Shown here one piece after another: positions 28,154-38,800 of a stretch of 64,000 nt of DNA. The notes below the pieces were generated by a model. The model had not been told where the DNA came from and made no database searches. It was given only the letters and a program-made list of their open reading frames with translations. How positions within the stretch are numbered: the first letter of the stretch is position 1; every line of letters starts with the position of its first letter. Position numbers and translations under genes: made by a program. Origin of the DNA: a virus; IMG/VR virus record IMGVR_UViG_3300021964_000018, positions 1-64,000 of that record. One strand, written 5' to 3'.

Positions 28154-28824
28154 AAATAACAAGAAGTGCATTAAGAAAAATAATTTTAGAAGTTGTTGTT
28201 GCAAGTAATGATACTAAAGAAAAAGTAGAAGATTTAGAAAAAAGTATTAAACAGGACAACCCAGAAGCGTCTGACGAAGATATTGATGATGCAATTAATA
28301 AATTAACAAAAAAACAAATGCAGGAAGAGCTTAAGCGTTTGTCTTATGTAAGCAAAGAACAAGGCCATACATACGGACTAGAACATCTACCTGATCAATA
28401 TGACCAAAAGAAAGCAGATGATATCATAGGACACACCTGACTGACTCATGTTCGGAAGAAGGGTTCTTCTTTAAATGAAGTTGGTTATGTTCTTTGGCAC
28501 TCTTTAAATGAAAGCGGTCACGTTGCTGTTTACGATGTTGAATGGCCTGATGGGACGATTGAAAGAAATATACCTGCACGTCTTTTAGAAAAAGTAAAAG
28601 ACAGCAATGATAATGTTGACGAACATGATGAACATGGTGTCGTTGGTCATGAAGAAGAATCGTTATTAGGTGAAAGAAAATACAAGAAAAGAAAAGGTAA
28701 AAAGAAAAAGAAAGCATCAAAGAAAAAGCCTAAGTATTGGTATTTAGGTGGTTATGGGATAGACCATGATCATGATTTTGCCGATTTTGGCGGCGACTTT
28801 GGTGGTGATGGAGGCGGAGAATGA
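28150..28824 (+). CDS. Putative selenoprotein (224 aa; UGA at codon 97 recoded as Sec) with shared leader
   Basis: The frame stays open for 127 codons after TGA 28438-28440 (GHT-U-LTHVRKKG...WHSLNESGHVAVYDVEWPDGTIERNIPARLLE...). It ends at TGA 28822-28824, which overlaps the next ATG (ATGA coupling). A SECIS-like hairpin follows the UGA. Confidence 0.75.
28441..28484 (+). promoter_or_regulatory. Bacterial-type SECIS-like stem-loop
   Basis: CTGACT/AGTTGG and CAT/ATG lower stem, internal loop, GGAAGAA/TTCTTCT upper stem, G-only apical loop 20 nt after the UGA. Confidence 0.7.
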
Positions 28825-29483
28825 AAATAAAAAGAAAAGATCTCAACATGTTAATTGAAAGATTCCTAAATGAAGAAGGAACAGATCCTAAAGGTGAAAC
28901 AGTTGATGATGTATTGTCTGATGAGTTGGAGCAAACAGAAGTTGGTGATACTTTTATGGCTAATCAAATGAGACAACATGGCGGTAGGCAGCCAATGAGT
29001 CCTGAGAAAAGAGCACAAGCAATCACAGATTTTAGGAAAGGCAGTGATCGAGGACAATTTCCTCCTTTAACATTTGGGCCAGGCGTTGACGAAGAAGGAA
29101 ATTTGGAAGGTGATAAATTTACAACTGTTCATGATTACCATGATCCGGATCCTTATGATCAAGCTGCTGTTAGAAGATATAAAAAACAACATTATTTAGG
29201 ACCGAATGAAAAGTCTGTTGATGACCCTGAAATTACAATGCAAGGTCTAGGCGACTTTGATTTTGATGATGAAGATACTGAAGAAGATTTAAGATATCAG
29301 GAACAAGAATTTTTTCAAGACGATGAAGATACAGAAGATTCGTATGAAGTTGAAGGCCCTAGTGTAATTACTTATGAAGACGAAGAAGGCGGAGAAAGAA
29401 CGTTTATAGACGATGAAGAAGTAACGCCTGGTTATAATAAAGGAATAATTAGCAGGTTGCGAGATTATTTTTCAAAAAAATAG
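28821..29483 (+). CDS. Very acidic, probably disordered protein with shared leader
   Basis: MKIKRKDLNMLIERFLNE/E; D/E-rich. Confidence 0.6.
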   Translation: MKIKRKDLNMLIERFLNEEGTDPKGETVDDVLSDELEQTEVGDTFMANQMRQHGGRQPMSPEKRAQAITDFRKGSDRGQFPPLTFGPGVDEEGNLEGDKFTTVHDYHDPDPYDQAAVRRYKKQHYLGPNEKSVDDPEITMQGLGDFDFDDEDTEEDLRYQEQEFFQDDEDTEDSYEVEGPSVITYEDEEGGERTFIDDEEVTPGYNKGIISRLRDYFSKK

Positions 29484-29581
29484 AAATAAATCTGTTTTTC
29501 GTTAATATATGTTAATGAGCTAAGTTGGTTGTGAAGTCTTGTTGTATGTGTCATATATAGTATTATATCAACGAGGTTTAA

Positions 29582-30739
29582 ATGGCTACATTTTCACAAA
29601 TATCAAATCCAACTCCTTTTGGAGTCTACGATAACGAATCAGACTTTCAAGGTGATGCTGATAACATGTATACCTTTGTCAAAAGAAGGTTAGGTGATGA
29701 CATATTATCAGTAGAATTAACAAAAAAACAAATATTTGCAAATTTTGAAGAAGCTGTATTAGAATACAGTTCTATATTGAATCAGTATCAGGCCAAATCT
29801 CAACTGGTTAATTATTTAGGTTTTCCCACAGGGAGTGCATTAAGTGGAAGTGAAAATAAATTTCCACGAGAAAACTTAGAATATTTAACACGGTTCGCCG
29901 AACCTTACGCAATGGAGGCTGGTATCGGAGGATCTTACAATTTTTCGAGTGGATCCATCACCCTCGAGAGCGGCCGACAGGACTATGATCTTTACACAGA
30001 ACTAAAAGATGCCTCAGGTACTGCTTTGTTTGACAACACAAAAGGAAAACTTAGGGTTGTTGAAGTATTTCATTATAATCCTCAAGCTGCATATAGATTT
30101 TTTGACACTACATCAGCAATAAACTATCTAAACAATGAATTCAGTTTTGAATCATTTACTCCTGAAACTATATTTTATGTACTCCCTGTCTTTGAAGATA
30201 TTTTACGTGCAGGTCAGCTAGACCTTTCAAATAGAGTAAGAAGATCAAATTATAGTTATAAGGTGTCAGGAACTAAAATTAGAATATTTCCAATTCCCAC
30301 AACAGATACAAAACAATTATGGGTAAATGTTAGACAATATCCAGATCCTAATTCCCCTGCATATTCAGACCCATCAATTTATGGTGTGTCAAATATGAGC
30401 AATATTCCGTTTGGCAATATTCCTTATTCTAATATTAATTCAATAGGACGTCAATGGATTAGACAATATACATTAGCAATATCAATGGAACTATTAGGAT
30501 ATATTAGAGGTAAATTTGGAAGCATCCCGGTTCCTGGTGATTCTGTTACGTTAAATAGCAGTGATATGATATCTAACGGTAGGTCAGATAAGGAAAAATT
30601 AGTAACGACTTTAAAAGAAATGTTAGATACAATGACTTATGATAAGTTAGCTGAGTTGCAAGCAACTAGAGCAGAAAACGTTCAAAAACAGTTGAGATAT
30701 GTTCCTGTTCCAAATGGTTATGCAATCACAATTAAATAA
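29582..30739 (+). CDS. Neck/head-tail adaptor (T4 gp13-like)
   Basis: RRLGDDILSVELT, WIRQYTLA...LGYIRGKFGSIPVPG...LN; first gene of the neck-tail block. Confidence 0.8.
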   Translation: MATFSQISNPTPFGVYDNESDFQGDADNMYTFVKRRLGDDILSVELTKKQIFANFEEAVLEYSSILNQYQAKSQLVNYLGFPTGSALSGSENKFPRENLEYLTRFAEPYAMEAGIGGSYNFSSGSITLESGRQDYDLYTELKDASGTALFDNTKGKLRVVEVFHYNPQAAYRFFDTTSAINYLNNEFSFESFTPETIFYVLPVFEDILRAGQLDLSNRVRRSNYSYKVSGTKIRIFPIPTTDTKQLWVNVRQYPDPNSPAYSDPSIYGVSNMSNIPFGNIPYSNINSIGRQWIRQYTLAISMELLGYIRGKFGSIPVPGDSVTLNSSDMISNGRSDKEKLVTTLKEMLDTMTYDKLAELQATRAENVQKQLRYVPVPNGYAITIK

Positions 30740-30750
30740 AGGAAATAAAA

Positions 30751-31419
30751 ATGGGAAGACTTTTTATTACACAAAGAGAAATAAATTTTATCAATGATGT
30801 TGCGAAAGAAGTCGTTAAAGATGTTATTGGCCAAAAAATATATTATTTCCCAATTAGTGAAATCAAATCAAATGTTCATGACATTTATGAAGAATCACCA
30901 GAAAAAATATTTGACAGCCCAATAGAAATAGAATGCCTAGTAAAATACACAGCTCCTGAAATTAGAGCAAATCAATTCGGTTTTGAAAAATACTTCACGG
31001 TAGAAGCATATATTCAGTCCAAAGATTTATTAGATAAAAATATTGAAATATTAGAAGGAGACTTTTTCTCATATGGGTCAGTATTTTTCGAAGTAATTCA
31101 AGCACCGGCATCTGAAGTTATTATGGGGCAAATAGAACACGGTAGATTTATTACAATAACAGGAAAACAGTCAAGAAAAGGACAATTCTTATCAAAGGTA
31201 TTTGGACCTACATCAGATACTTACTCAGATGATGATGCTATTCAAGATACATTTGTCCAACAAAGAGGATTTGAAAATAATAGATTAGGTGAAACAGCAG
31301 ATGTTAGAGATTTACAAAAGAATGGTGTTTTAGAAGCTCCAATATCAGGACCAAAAGAAGTTTCTGAGAAAGGTGATGATACTTCAAGAGGCGCTTCTTC
31401 TTTTTATGGAGATGAATAA
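30751..31419 (+). CDS. Neck/head-closure protein (T4 gp14-like)
   Basis: GQKIYYF...IYEES, EGDFF; synteny. Confidence 0.7.
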   Translation: MGRLFITQREINFINDVAKEVVKDVIGQKIYYFPISEIKSNVHDIYEESPEKIFDSPIEIECLVKYTAPEIRANQFGFEKYFTVEAYIQSKDLLDKNIEILEGDFFSYGSVFFEVIQAPASEVIMGQIEHGRFITITGKQSRKGQFLSKVFGPTSDTYSDDDAIQDTFVQQRGFENNRLGETADVRDLQKNGVLEAPISGPKEVSEKGDDTSRGASSFYGDE

Positions 31420-32609
31420 TGACAAAAAAAGGTGAACAAACGTTTACTAACTTTGATGGAACTAACACACCTGACGGTTTTGATTTTCCATCAATTGAAA
31501 TCGAAGATATTGATCGCGCTGTTTTTAATTTATTCGACAAGCAACTTAGATTTGAAGTAGAACAAAGTGGAAAATCAAAAAAGATACCTGTTATTTTTTC
31601 ATCTGGTGAAAGATTTGCATTAACAAGAAGAAAAGATCCGATTAGAGATAGAAATGATGCAATTATTCTTCCTATTATTGCTGTTGAAAGAGGTACGATT
31701 GATACTTCACATAATCAGCACGGAAAAGGAACAGCAATTGCATTCGGTGATCAGCCAGGTTATTATATTAAAAGAAAATTGGCAAAAAGCGATAGAAATT
31801 ATCAAAATATTATTAATAAAGCAGGATTAAAAAATCAAGATAATGTGTCTGCAAAGAAAAATTTTGGAGGCAGTTTAATTTATCCTGGATTTACAGCAAA
31901 ACCTGGTACAGTGGCGTCTAGAAGAAATAAAGCAAATGGTTATATACAAAAGAATATAAATTTAGAAGATAATCTTGGTGATAACATATTTGAAATTATT
32001 GAAATACCTTATCCTAAATTTGTAGCAATTCAATATGACGTTACTTTTTGGTGTCAATATATGACTCAAATGAATCAAGTTATTCAAAATATTTTTATTA
32101 ACTATCGCGGGCAAGGACATGAGATACCTATTAAAACTGATGATGGTTTTGAAATGGTTGCTTTCTTTTCCGATAATATTGTTTTAGACTCTAATTTTAG
32201 TTCTTTTACAGGTGAAGAAAGAATAATCAAGTATAAAACTCAAATAACAGTTAATGGTTATATGCTAAATCCTAAATCTATAAAAGGAGTACCAAATAAT
32301 CTTAGGTCTTATTTTTCAGCTCCTAAGATAGATTTTGGTTATAAAGAGTTTTCAAAAGAAAGCAATATTGTTAATGTTCAAAATAGAGAAGATAAAAATA
32401 AATTTATTTTAAGCGACATCAAAAATATTAATGAGTTAAAAGGGCCAGTTAAAGGAGAATCATCGGAATCTGTTGAATATTTTGTTGAAAATCCTTTTAC
32501 TGGAGACAAGGAAAGAAAATTATCAAAAGTTATATCTAACAATAGGAGAACAGGTGAGTCTGTTATTTCCCCTTTAGTAATAAAGGAAATAGATAGACAA
32601 TATGAATAG
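31419..32609 (+). CDS. Tail terminator/sheath stabilizer (T4 gp15-like)
   Basis: IPVIFSSGERF, LPIIAVER, YDVTFWCQYMTQMNQVIQ; located before the sheath genes. Confidence 0.7.
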   Translation: MTKKGEQTFTNFDGTNTPDGFDFPSIEIEDIDRAVFNLFDKQLRFEVEQSGKSKKIPVIFSSGERFALTRRKDPIRDRNDAIILPIIAVERGTIDTSHNQHGKGTAIAFGDQPGYYIKRKLAKSDRNYQNIINKAGLKNQDNVSAKKNFGGSLIYPGFTAKPGTVASRRNKANGYIQKNINLEDNLGDNIFEIIEIPYPKFVAIQYDVTFWCQYMTQMNQVIQNIFINYRGQGHEIPIKTDDGFEMVAFFSDNIVLDSNFSSFTGEERIIKYKTQITVNGYMLNPKSIKGVPNNLRSYFSAPKIDFGYKEFSKESNIVNVQNREDKNKFILSDIKNINELKGPVKGESSESVEYFVENPFTGDKERKLSKVISNNRRTGESVISPLVIKEIDRQYE

Positions 32610-32661
32610 TCTTTTCGTTTTTTAGTTGATAGTTATAATATGAATTTTAGGAGTTTTTAAT

Positions 32662-35600
32662 ATGGCAGAGAGAACCTTTAGATCCCCCGGAGTATTTGAA
32701 AGAGAAATAGACTTAACTGAGAGAACAACTAGTGTTTCTGGGACTCCAGCTGGTGTTGTAGGAACCGCTGAGAAAGGACCAGCATTTGTTCCAAAAACAG
32801 TTGGGTCTATAAATGAGTTTAAAAATAAGTTCGGAAAATTATCAGCAGAAAGATTTGGTCCTTATGCTGCAGAAGCATTCTTAAAAAACCAAAGTGCACT
32901 GACTTATGTTAGAGTATTAGGTGCAGGTGCAAATTTAACAATTACAGATATACAAAATACAGCGGCAAAAGGAACAGTAAAAAATGCAGGTTTTCGATTA
33001 AGCGGGTCATTACCTACAGTTGCTCCAAGCGGAGAAGTAAGAGATGTTGGTGCTGTACAATTTCTTGCTGGTATTCATCAAGTTGATTCAGCTGAAGCAG
33101 CTGGTTATCCTATCTTTACTGATAATCAATCAAAAAGTCAAACTGACGTTCAATTAATTCGTTCGATGTTTTTATTAGCATCCGGTGCTAGATTAGAAGT
33201 AATGGATGAAAATGAGTTTTATCCTGCGGGAGGAAAAACTGCAAATGATTCCGCACATATTAGATCTTATGACGGGACCCCTGAAGAAGGTATGTTCAAA
33301 TTAGTTCTTTCATCTGCATTAGGGACTACATTTGGTAACGATGAAGGTAAAGCTGGTATTCGAATTTATACTGCTTCTTTAGATCCTAACAGTGTACATT
33401 ATGTTGGTAAAATATTTAACAAGAATCCAGACCGTTTTCAAGACGAACAACATCTTCTTTATGCAGATTTCCCAATGGAATCTGAAATTGCTAAAATTAA
33501 AAAAGACAGCACAAATGATGTTGTTGCTGTGGTATCCGGATCTCAAAATACATCATCAACTTCTGGAGATACGTCATTATACTTTAGAGAAATATTTGGT
33601 TCCTTTAATACAAGATATCAAACTGCTAAGTCGACATATTTTATATCTCAACCTTATGGTGATAAAGAATATGATTTATTTTATTTCGAAGCTTTAGACG
33701 ATGGCGAAGCAGGAAATCAAAGAGTTAAAATATCGATATCAAATATAAAAAGATCAACAGACTCAAATGATCCATACGGAAGCTTTACAGTTGAAGTAAG
33801 AGATTATTATGATTCAGATTTAGATCCTGTTGTATTAGAAAGATATCCTCAATGTACCTTAAATCCTGGTGATGAAAACTATATTGCTAACAAAATTGGT
33901 GATCTTAAAGAATACTACAATTTTGATGCTGAGTCTGAGTCTGAGCAAAGAATTAATGTATCAGGAAAAAGACGCAATCAATCAAATTATGTAAGAATTA
34001 TCATGTCAGCTGATGTTGAAGATGCAAAAATTCCTCAAGATGCAATACCTTTCGGATTCAGAGGATTGCCTGCATTAAAAACGTCTGATACATTAACTGA
34101 TTCTACAACAACTTTAGCTTTAGGCGCAGATCAAAAAAGATTAAGTTTTGCAGCTGGAACAATGAGTAATAACTTTTTAGAATATGCAATTGTACCTCCA
34201 GTTCCATTTACATTTAAAGCAACAAGAAATAAAGCTAATTCTACATCTACATTTACAGGTTTCCCTGGCGACTTGGAATTAGCTGATTCCAGAATTTATT
34301 GGGGTATTAAAAATTCGCGAGTTCCTGTATTAAGCAAAACGACAGATCCTTTATTAAGATCAAATGCGGCATCAGATTTAAGAAACGAACTGATCGATTC
34401 CTATAGTAAAATGTTAGGGATTGCAAAACTAGATGCTTTAGTCACTGGTTCGGCAGCAGATGAATTTCACAATAATAAGTTTACATTAGCAAAAGTTGCT
34501 TTAAATAATCAAAGCGATGCAACCGATACTCTTGAAACTGCTATTTCAACTGAAATTACAGGAACTATAGACTCACACATCAGAGAGGCTGCTTACATCA
34601 GAAATGCGTCTATTGTATCTCCTAATTATACCATTAATGATAAAGGAACATACACACGTCGTTTAACTCTCGCATCTCTAGCAGCTAGTAATTCAGCTAC
34701 TAAGTTTAATCAATTCACTAATTACCTTAAGTTTACAAATATTCTTTTTGGTGGTTTTGATGGTGTGAATATTCTTGATAAAGACCAACGTTATATCAAT
34801 GATAAAGCAAGTTCACAAGATGCAGGAGGAAAAGCAGCTGGAGACGCATTAGGTTATCAAAATTTAAAGTCTGTTTCTTCACCTGGTGCTGGTACTGAGA
34901 ATAACGCAGTTAACTCGTATCGTGCAGGTATTAAAATAATAACTGATGAATTAGAATCAAGAGTTAATATTGTATCTGTTCCAGGTATTAGAGACTCAAA
35001 CGTAACAGATTATGCAATTGACAAAGTTAAAGAGTATAGCAAAGCAATTTATTTAATGGATATTGCAAACTATGATTCTAGTACTAGTCGTCTTTATGAT
35101 GATTCTACAAATAGACCTAGCGTTAGAAAGACGATTGAGCAATTTGAAGGAAGAAATATTGATAACAACTATGTTGCAACATATTTTCCTGATATTATTA
35201 AACTATATGCACAAGAAGATGGAGGTACAGTTAATTTACCTGCTTCTATTGCGGCGTTAGGTGCTTTAGGATATAATGATGCAGTTTCATTTCCTTGGTT
35301 TGCACCAGCTGGTTTTAATCGAGGTGGTTTAGAAAACGTTATTAATACAAAAGTAAGATTAAATACTGAGGATCGTAATTTACTTTATGAATCTAGAATT
35401 AATCCAATTGCTAATTTCAATATTAATGACTTTGTAATTTTTGGACAAAAAACACTACAAAAAAGCAGATCAGCATTAGATCGAGTTAATGTAAGAAGAA
35501 TGTTATTGGAAGTCAAGAGAATTGTTTCAAATGCAGCAAACAATATTATTTTCGAACAAAATGTAAAAGCTACTAGAGATGGCTTTGTATCGGTGGTGAC

Positions 35601-35793
35601 ACCACAACTTGCATTAATTCAGTCCCAGCAAGGAATTGAACAATTTAGAGTTATAATGAATGATACAAATAATACTCAGGCTGATATTGAGCAAAATAAA
35701 CTAAACGGAAGAATTGTTTTGGTTCCAACAAGAGCGGTTGAGTTCATTGCACTAGACTTTATTATAACAAATTCAGGTGTAAGTTTTGAATAG
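32662..35793 (+). CDS. Contractile tail sheath protein, paralog 1
   Basis: SPGVFEREID, GTAEKGPAFVP, PWFAPAGFNRG, INPI, GQKTLQ, ALDRVNVRR, PTRAVEFIALDF. Confidence 0.93.
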   Translation: MAERTFRSPGVFEREIDLTERTTSVSGTPAGVVGTAEKGPAFVPKTVGSINEFKNKFGKLSAERFGPYAAEAFLKNQSALTYVRVLGAGANLTITDIQNTAAKGTVKNAGFRLSGSLPTVAPSGEVRDVGAVQFLAGIHQVDSAEAAGYPIFTDNQSKSQTDVQLIRSMFLLASGARLEVMDENEFYPAGGKTANDSAHIRSYDGTPEEGMFKLVLSSALGTTFGNDEGKAGIRIYTASLDPNSVHYVGKIFNKNPDRFQDEQHLLYADFPMESEIAKIKKDSTNDVVAVVSGSQNTSSTSGDTSLYFREIFGSFNTRYQTAKSTYFISQPYGDKEYDLFYFEALDDGEAGNQRVKISISNIKRSTDSNDPYGSFTVEVRDYYDSDLDPVVLERYPQCTLNPGDENYIANKIGDLKEYYNFDAESESEQRINVSGKRRNQSNYVRIIMSADVEDAKIPQDAIPFGFRGLPALKTSDTLTDSTTTLALGADQKRLSFAAGTMSNNFLEYAIVPPVPFTFKATRNKANSTSTFTGFPGDLELADSRIYWGIKNSRVPVLSKTTDPLLRSNAASDLRNELIDSYSKMLGIAKLDALVTGSAADEFHNNKFTLAKVALNNQSDATDTLETAISTEITGTIDSHIREAAYIRNASIVSPNYTINDKGTYTRRLTLASLAASNSATKFNQFTNYLKFTNILFGGFDGVNILDKDQRYINDKASSQDAGGKAAGDALGYQNLKSVSSPGAGTENNAVNSYRAGIKIITDELESRVNIVSVPGIRDSNVTDYAIDKVKEYSKAIYLMDIANYDSSTSRLYDDSTNRPSVRKTIEQFEGRNIDNNYVATYFPDIIKLYAQEDGGTVNLPASIAALGALGYNDAVSFPWFAPAGFNRGGLENVINTKVRLNTEDRNLLYESRINPIANFNINDFVIFGQKTLQKSRSALDRVNVRRMLLEVKRIVSNAANNIIFEQNVKATRDGFVSVVTPQLALIQSQQGIEQFRVIMNDTNNTQADIEQNKLNGRIVLVPTRAVEFIALDFIITNSGVSFE

Positions 35794-35827
35794 ATATAAT
35801 TATGAATATGAATCATGGAGACAATAA

Positions 35828-38800
35828 ATGGCAGAGTTAACATTTAAATCAGCTGGCGTTAGCACAAGAGAAATAGATTTATCCCAACCTTCTGTTTCCT
35901 CACCTTCTGGAGTACCTGCAGGGGTAATTGGAACAGCTAATCAAGGACCTGCTTTTGTACCCATAACTGTTGGAAACTTTAATGATTTTACAACTCTTTT
36001 TGGTGCAACTGACGGTGCTAAATTTGGCCCTTTAGCAGTTAATGAATGGCTTAAAAATGCAGGTTCTGCCACTTTCGTTAGAGTTTTAGGCGCAGGAAAT
36101 GGTCAACAAAGAAATACCACAACAGGTATCGTAACAAATGCAGGTTATTTTGTAGGTGATAGAAATCTTCAATTAAACGGTACAATTGGAAACAACCCTT
36201 ATGCAAATTCAGGTGCAGGAGCAGTAAAAGGAAGAACTTACTTCTTAGGCTGCTTTATGTCAGAATCAAATGGTTCAACAATATTTTCAGATGCTGGAAT
36301 ACAAGTTAATAATGCGTTTGCATCTACAACATTAACAATTGGAAATGATACAACTTCGACTAATCTTCTTGCTGAAAATGATACATTAACATTAATAGAT
36401 GCAACAGGAACATCAAAAACTTTTGAGTTTCTTGACAATGGAAGCTCTGCAACTGGCGATAATATTGCAGTCGAATCAGCTGCTGCAGTTACAGCTGATA
36501 CTGGTGTAACGCTGGCTACAACTTTAAGTACAGTAATTTCATCAAACTTATCAATATCAGTTGATCGTACAGATAATGTATTAACGCTTACACAAAATAT
36601 CTTTGGTCCAATTGGCAATACCTCATATTCAGATAGTGTTGCAGGCGAAGATAATCTAACAGGGTCTAATTTTTCTGGTGGCGCTGGAGGCGCTGCTCCT
36701 ATTCTTCGTGGTGTTCTTCTTGCACCAAGTGGAGTTATTCTTCATCTTAGCGGAAACTCAGCAGCAAATGGTTCTGATGCACCAGGTACTTCAGATACAG
36801 CAGCATCTGCGGCTGGCGTCATCATGGGAAGAGAAGGTTCTTTAACCGGGTCTATTGATTTAAGATCTGGAAAAGAAGAATTTGTCATGCTTTTAAATGG
36901 TCATAAAAATACGTCAGCATATCCTAATGTTTTGACTGCATCTTTTGACCCTATTGCACCTAACTACCTAACACGTGTTTTAAATACTGATCCTTTAAAA
37001 CTTGAAAAAGCAGGGCATTTACTTTATAATCACTATCCACTTCATGGTAATGTTGCAACGATTACAGGATCAGGAGTCGTTTCTGCAGGGCATTTTTCAA
37101 AAGGTTCAGCACTTGGTAATCATGAAGATATCGCATTTTTGTTGTCATCTTCTTTAGGGAGAGCTGCAGCAACAGATGGAAGCATACCTGATTATGAAGA
37201 TTTTCAAGATAGATTCTCTCATGCTGAAACTCCATATGTAATATCACAGAAATTTGGTAATCGTCCTTATAATCTATTTAAAATTGTTGCTTTAAGTGCA
37301 GGTGCAGGATTTGCTGATGATTTTAAATTTTCAATTACAAATATTGTTAGATCAACTTCAAATGTTAATAAATTTGGTAAATTTGATCTCTTGGTCAGAA
37401 AAGGCGGAGATAATGATGACGAACAAGTAGTTTTAGAATCATTTAGAGGATTAGATCTAGATCCGGATTCAGTTAATTATATCGGTAGAAGAATTGGTGA
37501 TCAATACGCAAAATTTGATTTTGATACTTCTTTAGATTCTCAAAAAATCGTTGTTGAAGGAACACATCCAGTTCTTTCTAGATACATAAGAGTGCAAATT
37601 CACCCAGATGTTGCTAATAGAAATATTCCTGATGAATCTTTACCTGTTGGTTATCGAGGACCAAAACACTTAGTAACGTCAGGTTCTTTATTATCTGGTG
37701 AATCTGATGGTCTTTATTCTTCAACTGATCTATTACAAAGAATTATTGAGCCTCCTGTACCTTATCGAGAAAATATAACTTTAGGTACCGGAATCAACAA
37801 AAAGGTTAATTCAAATCTTTTCTGGGGTGCTCAATCAACATTAAAAATTAATGCAACACAACCTAACTTAATTACAACTAATGACGCATTAGCTTCTTTA
37901 ACTCCTGTCACACAAAATTATCAGGTACATTTTCCAACGCATCGAAAAGATACAACTGCAGTTTTTGTAGGTGATAATGAAGGCGCTGCTAATGTTAACG
38001 GTTCTGTTTTAGACGCAGATTTGTTTAACTATAATAAGTTTAGTTTGGAAAATATTCAAGTTAGAACCGGTTCCAATTCAGATGCAACGCAAACAGCAGC
38101 GGATTCTGAATATTGGGTTAGTGCTTCTTATGTAAGAGATGGTGTGATCGCTGTCAATGCTACTAATAAAACTCGTGCATTCAAGGTAGAAGATTTAGAC
38201 GTAGTAGCAAATAGAAAGTTTGCTAAGTTTACATTCTTTGCACAAGGTGGTTTTGATGGAGTTAATATATTCAATCAAGAAAAAGCTAACTTATCAAATA
38301 ACGCTGCCAAATATGAAATTGATGATTCGACAAATCAAGGTGGAACTTCAGGACCTACAATTGCAGCATATAGAAAAGCAGTTGATATTATGGGTTCAAC
38401 TTCAGATACAAATATTCAATTATTAGCAATACCAGGAATTAGAAACTCTGTTATTACAGATTATGCAATTTCAGCAGTTGAAAATAGATTTGATTGTTTA
38501 TACTTAATGGACATTGAAGAAAGAGATCAGGTTAACTCTGTGATTACATCTTCAGTTCAAACACCTCACGTTAAAAATACAATTAACAGCTTTAAAGATA
38601 GAAACCTTAATACATCTTTTGCAGCTGCATATTTCCCTGACGTTACCATAACAGATCCTGGTACAAATACATTTGTAAGTGTTCCTCCGTCAGTCGCAGT
38701 ATTAGGAGGTTATTCATTCAATGACAAAGTATCAGCGCCATGGAACGCCCCCGCTGGAAAAAGTAGAGGCGCTTTAAATGCTGTGGAAACAACATCGGTT

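Noticed and set aside
28438-28440. Genome-wide TGA=Trp (code 4) or other stop reassignment as the explanation for the readthrough
   Set aside because: Trp is encoded by TGG throughout, including in the extension. Many genes end at TGA with tight overlap to the next start (15194, 25887, 27017, 28153, 47099, 50758), and TAG/TAA also act as stops. The recoding is therefore site-specific.
28424-28720. Minus-strand 98-aa ORF filling the gap
   Set aside because: It is the antisense shadow of the + strand read-through frame, has no RBS context and runs against the operon direction.
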